Shown: piece by piece, positions 59,301-62,300 of the stretch
Layout: the number at the start of each line of letters is the position of its first letter
Position numbering within the stretch: the first letter of the stretch is position 1
Source: an uncultured Planctomycetales bacterium
GTDB taxonomy: Bacteria; Omnitrophota; Gorgyraeia; Zapsychrales; CAYRXT01
Length of the DNA: 64,000 nucleotides
Direction: 5' to 3'
Assembly (NCBI GenBank): GCA_964428315.1
Contig: CAYRXT010000001.1
Coordinates: 18,944-82,943, forward strand
Notes under the pieces: generated by a model
The model's input: the letters and a program-made list of their open reading frames with translations, nothing else
Databases searched by the model: none
Told to the model about the DNA's origin: nothing
Program-made: the position numbers and the translations under genes

Positions 59301-62300
59301 GAAGAAAACTCGGCGGACGGAACAAGGGCCGCGGCGACGGGAGCCAGGACCGTAAGGCGGGGGCGCCGGATAACGGGCGAAAGGGAGAAGACACTCATCT
59401 CAAAGCCGGGATTGAGATTGAGGGGCCGGCCGCGCGGATCATCCGGACTGTCCGCGGGTGGATGAGGAAGCTGGTTTTCAGGCGGTATGCTTCGGACACT
59501 GTTAAGGCCGCGCGCGAGAGGGCGCCTCCTGTCCGGAAGATATTCTCCCGCCTTGCTGCTTATTTTACTCAATCCCAAAGGACAAATTCCGCATCACAAG
59601 CCAATGACCATATCGAATTTTTAAATCCCAAACGGTTTCGGGCTTTGACATTTTTGACGTTCCTGACGGCCTTCTTCTTCAGCAGTGACCTGCTGGCGGC
59701 CGGGAACGCGGCGGCGCAGGAGGCCGCGCGGTCTTCCGGCCTGGAAGGCCTGGTAATCCTGCTGGCGCTGGGCGCGCTCGCGCTGGGGATGTACTGGTAT
59801 CACGCGGCAAGAGATGAAGAAGAGCCGGGCCTCTCCGATACCGGCGAAATCATGAGCCGCTGGCTTTACCAAGGGGAAGACCTCCTCGCGCTTGTGGACG
59901 GCGATCCCGACACCGCCGCGGAAGTCCTCAAGGTCCTCGAGGTGCTGACCGACCTGACCGGATTGAGGGGCGCGAAAGATCCCAAACTTAAAGCCGTTTT
60001 TGAAAACGGCCGTGACCAGTTCATGATTGCTCTGGACCGGCGGGGTCTCGGGCCGGAAGACCTGGAGCCGGTCATGGCGTCTCTCAAGACGTCAGCCGGC
60101 AAGGCCGCGCGGACTTTGCGTAATGAAGAATCCGTTGAACCCGCCGCGCGTAAGGATGAGGTAAGGCAACCCGTAGACCCCGGCGAATTTTCTCTGGCGA
60201 AATGGCTGGGCGGCGCCGTGGCCGCCGCCGGCCTCGTCGGACTGCTCGGCCGGCTGGCCCTGGCCGGAACGGCGGAAGCCGGCATCCTCTGGCTGGCCGG
60301 GGGCATAATTGTGGCCGGGGCGGCCACAATTCTCCTGGACCTGATTGTCCCGCGGTGGGATGACTTCGCGGAGGGCCTGAAGCGGATGAACGATCCGGAG
60401 TGCCGGCCGGAGCCGGTCCGGGGCGCGAGCCCGATGAAGCATTTCTGGCGCTGGACCGGCATCATCGTCCCGGTCCTCGCCGCGGCCGCGTTCCTGGCGG
60501 GCGTGATTTCGGTCCCCGCCGCCTTTGTCTCCGCGTTTTTCGGGCTGACGGCGCTGTTCGTCAGCTTCGGCTACGGCCGCGAAGGCGGTTCCTACATGAG
60601 CGGCGTGCGGCATTCCAGGGTGTTCCGGTTCGGCATGGCCCTGATGGCCGGCCTGCTCGTGATCGGGGTGTTCGCGGGCGGGGCCGACGCGCAGGACATG
60701 GGGCGGGTCGTCCAGGTCGACTACGACCGCGACGGGTTCGACGACATATCGGTGAGGCTGCCCGAGAGGGCCGGGCTCCACAGCCTCGCCGGCAAGGCCC
60801 CGGAAAAGAGCGTCTCCGAGCTGGAAGAGTTCTTTGCCGGGAACCCCGGTGTCATCGCGATGGTCCGCGAGGACCTCGCCCGGGACAGCCTGAAGCGGAC
60901 GATCCGCGATTCGCTCGACACCGAGGACTTGTACCGGGGCACGCTGGATTCGCTGGCGGCCGCGAAGACCGAAGAACTGGCCAAGTACAACCCCGGCACG
61001 GACCTCGGGGCCGACGCCGCGCTGGCCAGGAAGATGCGCGGCATCGTGCTCGACGAAGAGGCCGAGCTCCGCGCGCGCGAGAGGATCTCCCGCGACCCCG
61101 AGGCCGCGGCCGCTGTCGAGGTCAACGACGAGGCAATCAGCGAGGCGATTAAGCGGACCGCGGCCGCCGTGGACCTGCGCCACGTCTGGCCCGTCCGCGC
61201 CGAAAAGCACGGCCTGCCCGTCAACGACCTCTGGATGGCCTACGCGATCCTGGGCGGCAACTTCCCCGACATGACCGGGGACGAGATCAGCGCCACGGTC
61301 TATCGCCTGTTGAAAGAAAACGACGATTTCGGCGCCGCGTTCACGGATTTCCTGGAGAAGAAAAAGGCCGGCGCGGCCGCGGACGAAGAAGAGGCCGCCC
61401 TCAAGGCCCTCGAGGTCACCTTCGCCGACAACCCTGATATCATCCCGTCCATCGTCCGGACCTGGAACGAGCGCCGGGAATTGCTGGAAACCTATTTCTC
61501 GGACCTCGGCGCCTTCGGCAAGTTCACCCGGGCCGTGATCATGCAGGAGAGCGGGTTCGGCACCTACGCGACGAGCCACAGGTTCGACAGCTCCGGCAGG
61601 AAGATCCCGCTGGCCAAGGGCCTGATGCAGATCATAGACGCGACCTATGCGGACCAGAGCGGGAAGCTGGGGCTCGGTCCGGACGTTTACCACCGTCTCG
61701 ACAACGTCCGGGCCGGTACCGATTATTACGCGGATCGACTCAGGGATTTCCGGGATATCGAAATGGCCCTGGCCGCGTACAATTACAGAGCTTATAAGGT
61801 CGCGGCAGCTATTGCCGAAGCCAAAGGCATTTTGCTGACTGTCGCGAAGGAGAGTTTTACAGATTTGATAGCCGGAGGAAATATTGACGCTTTTCTGGAC
61901 GAGAACAGGGATTCCTTTAGAGAGTCTCCTGAAGAGATCAAGGCCGCGGCCGAACATCTGTCTGCCGATATGGCCGGGTTAAATGCGCTGCTGGGCATGA
62001 CGGCGTCTGATGCAAAGCGCGATAAGGTCACCAGGAAGCTCGCGGCGCCCAGGGTCTTGGAGATGATCGCCGAGGGCTCGCTGAAACCCAGTTTTGGGGA
62101 GACCGTTTCTCTGCTTCCCTCCGAGACCCAGAATTACGTGCCCAGCATCCTCCACATGTACGGCCGTGCCGTCGAGTACGTGGAGGCCAAAACCAGCGGC
62201 AGGCCGGCCGCCGTCAAGGCGCGGCCGGGAGCGCCGGATTACAGCAAATATATTCCGACAGAAGAGAGCCGGACTTACGACCCCGCCCTCGAGATGAGGG

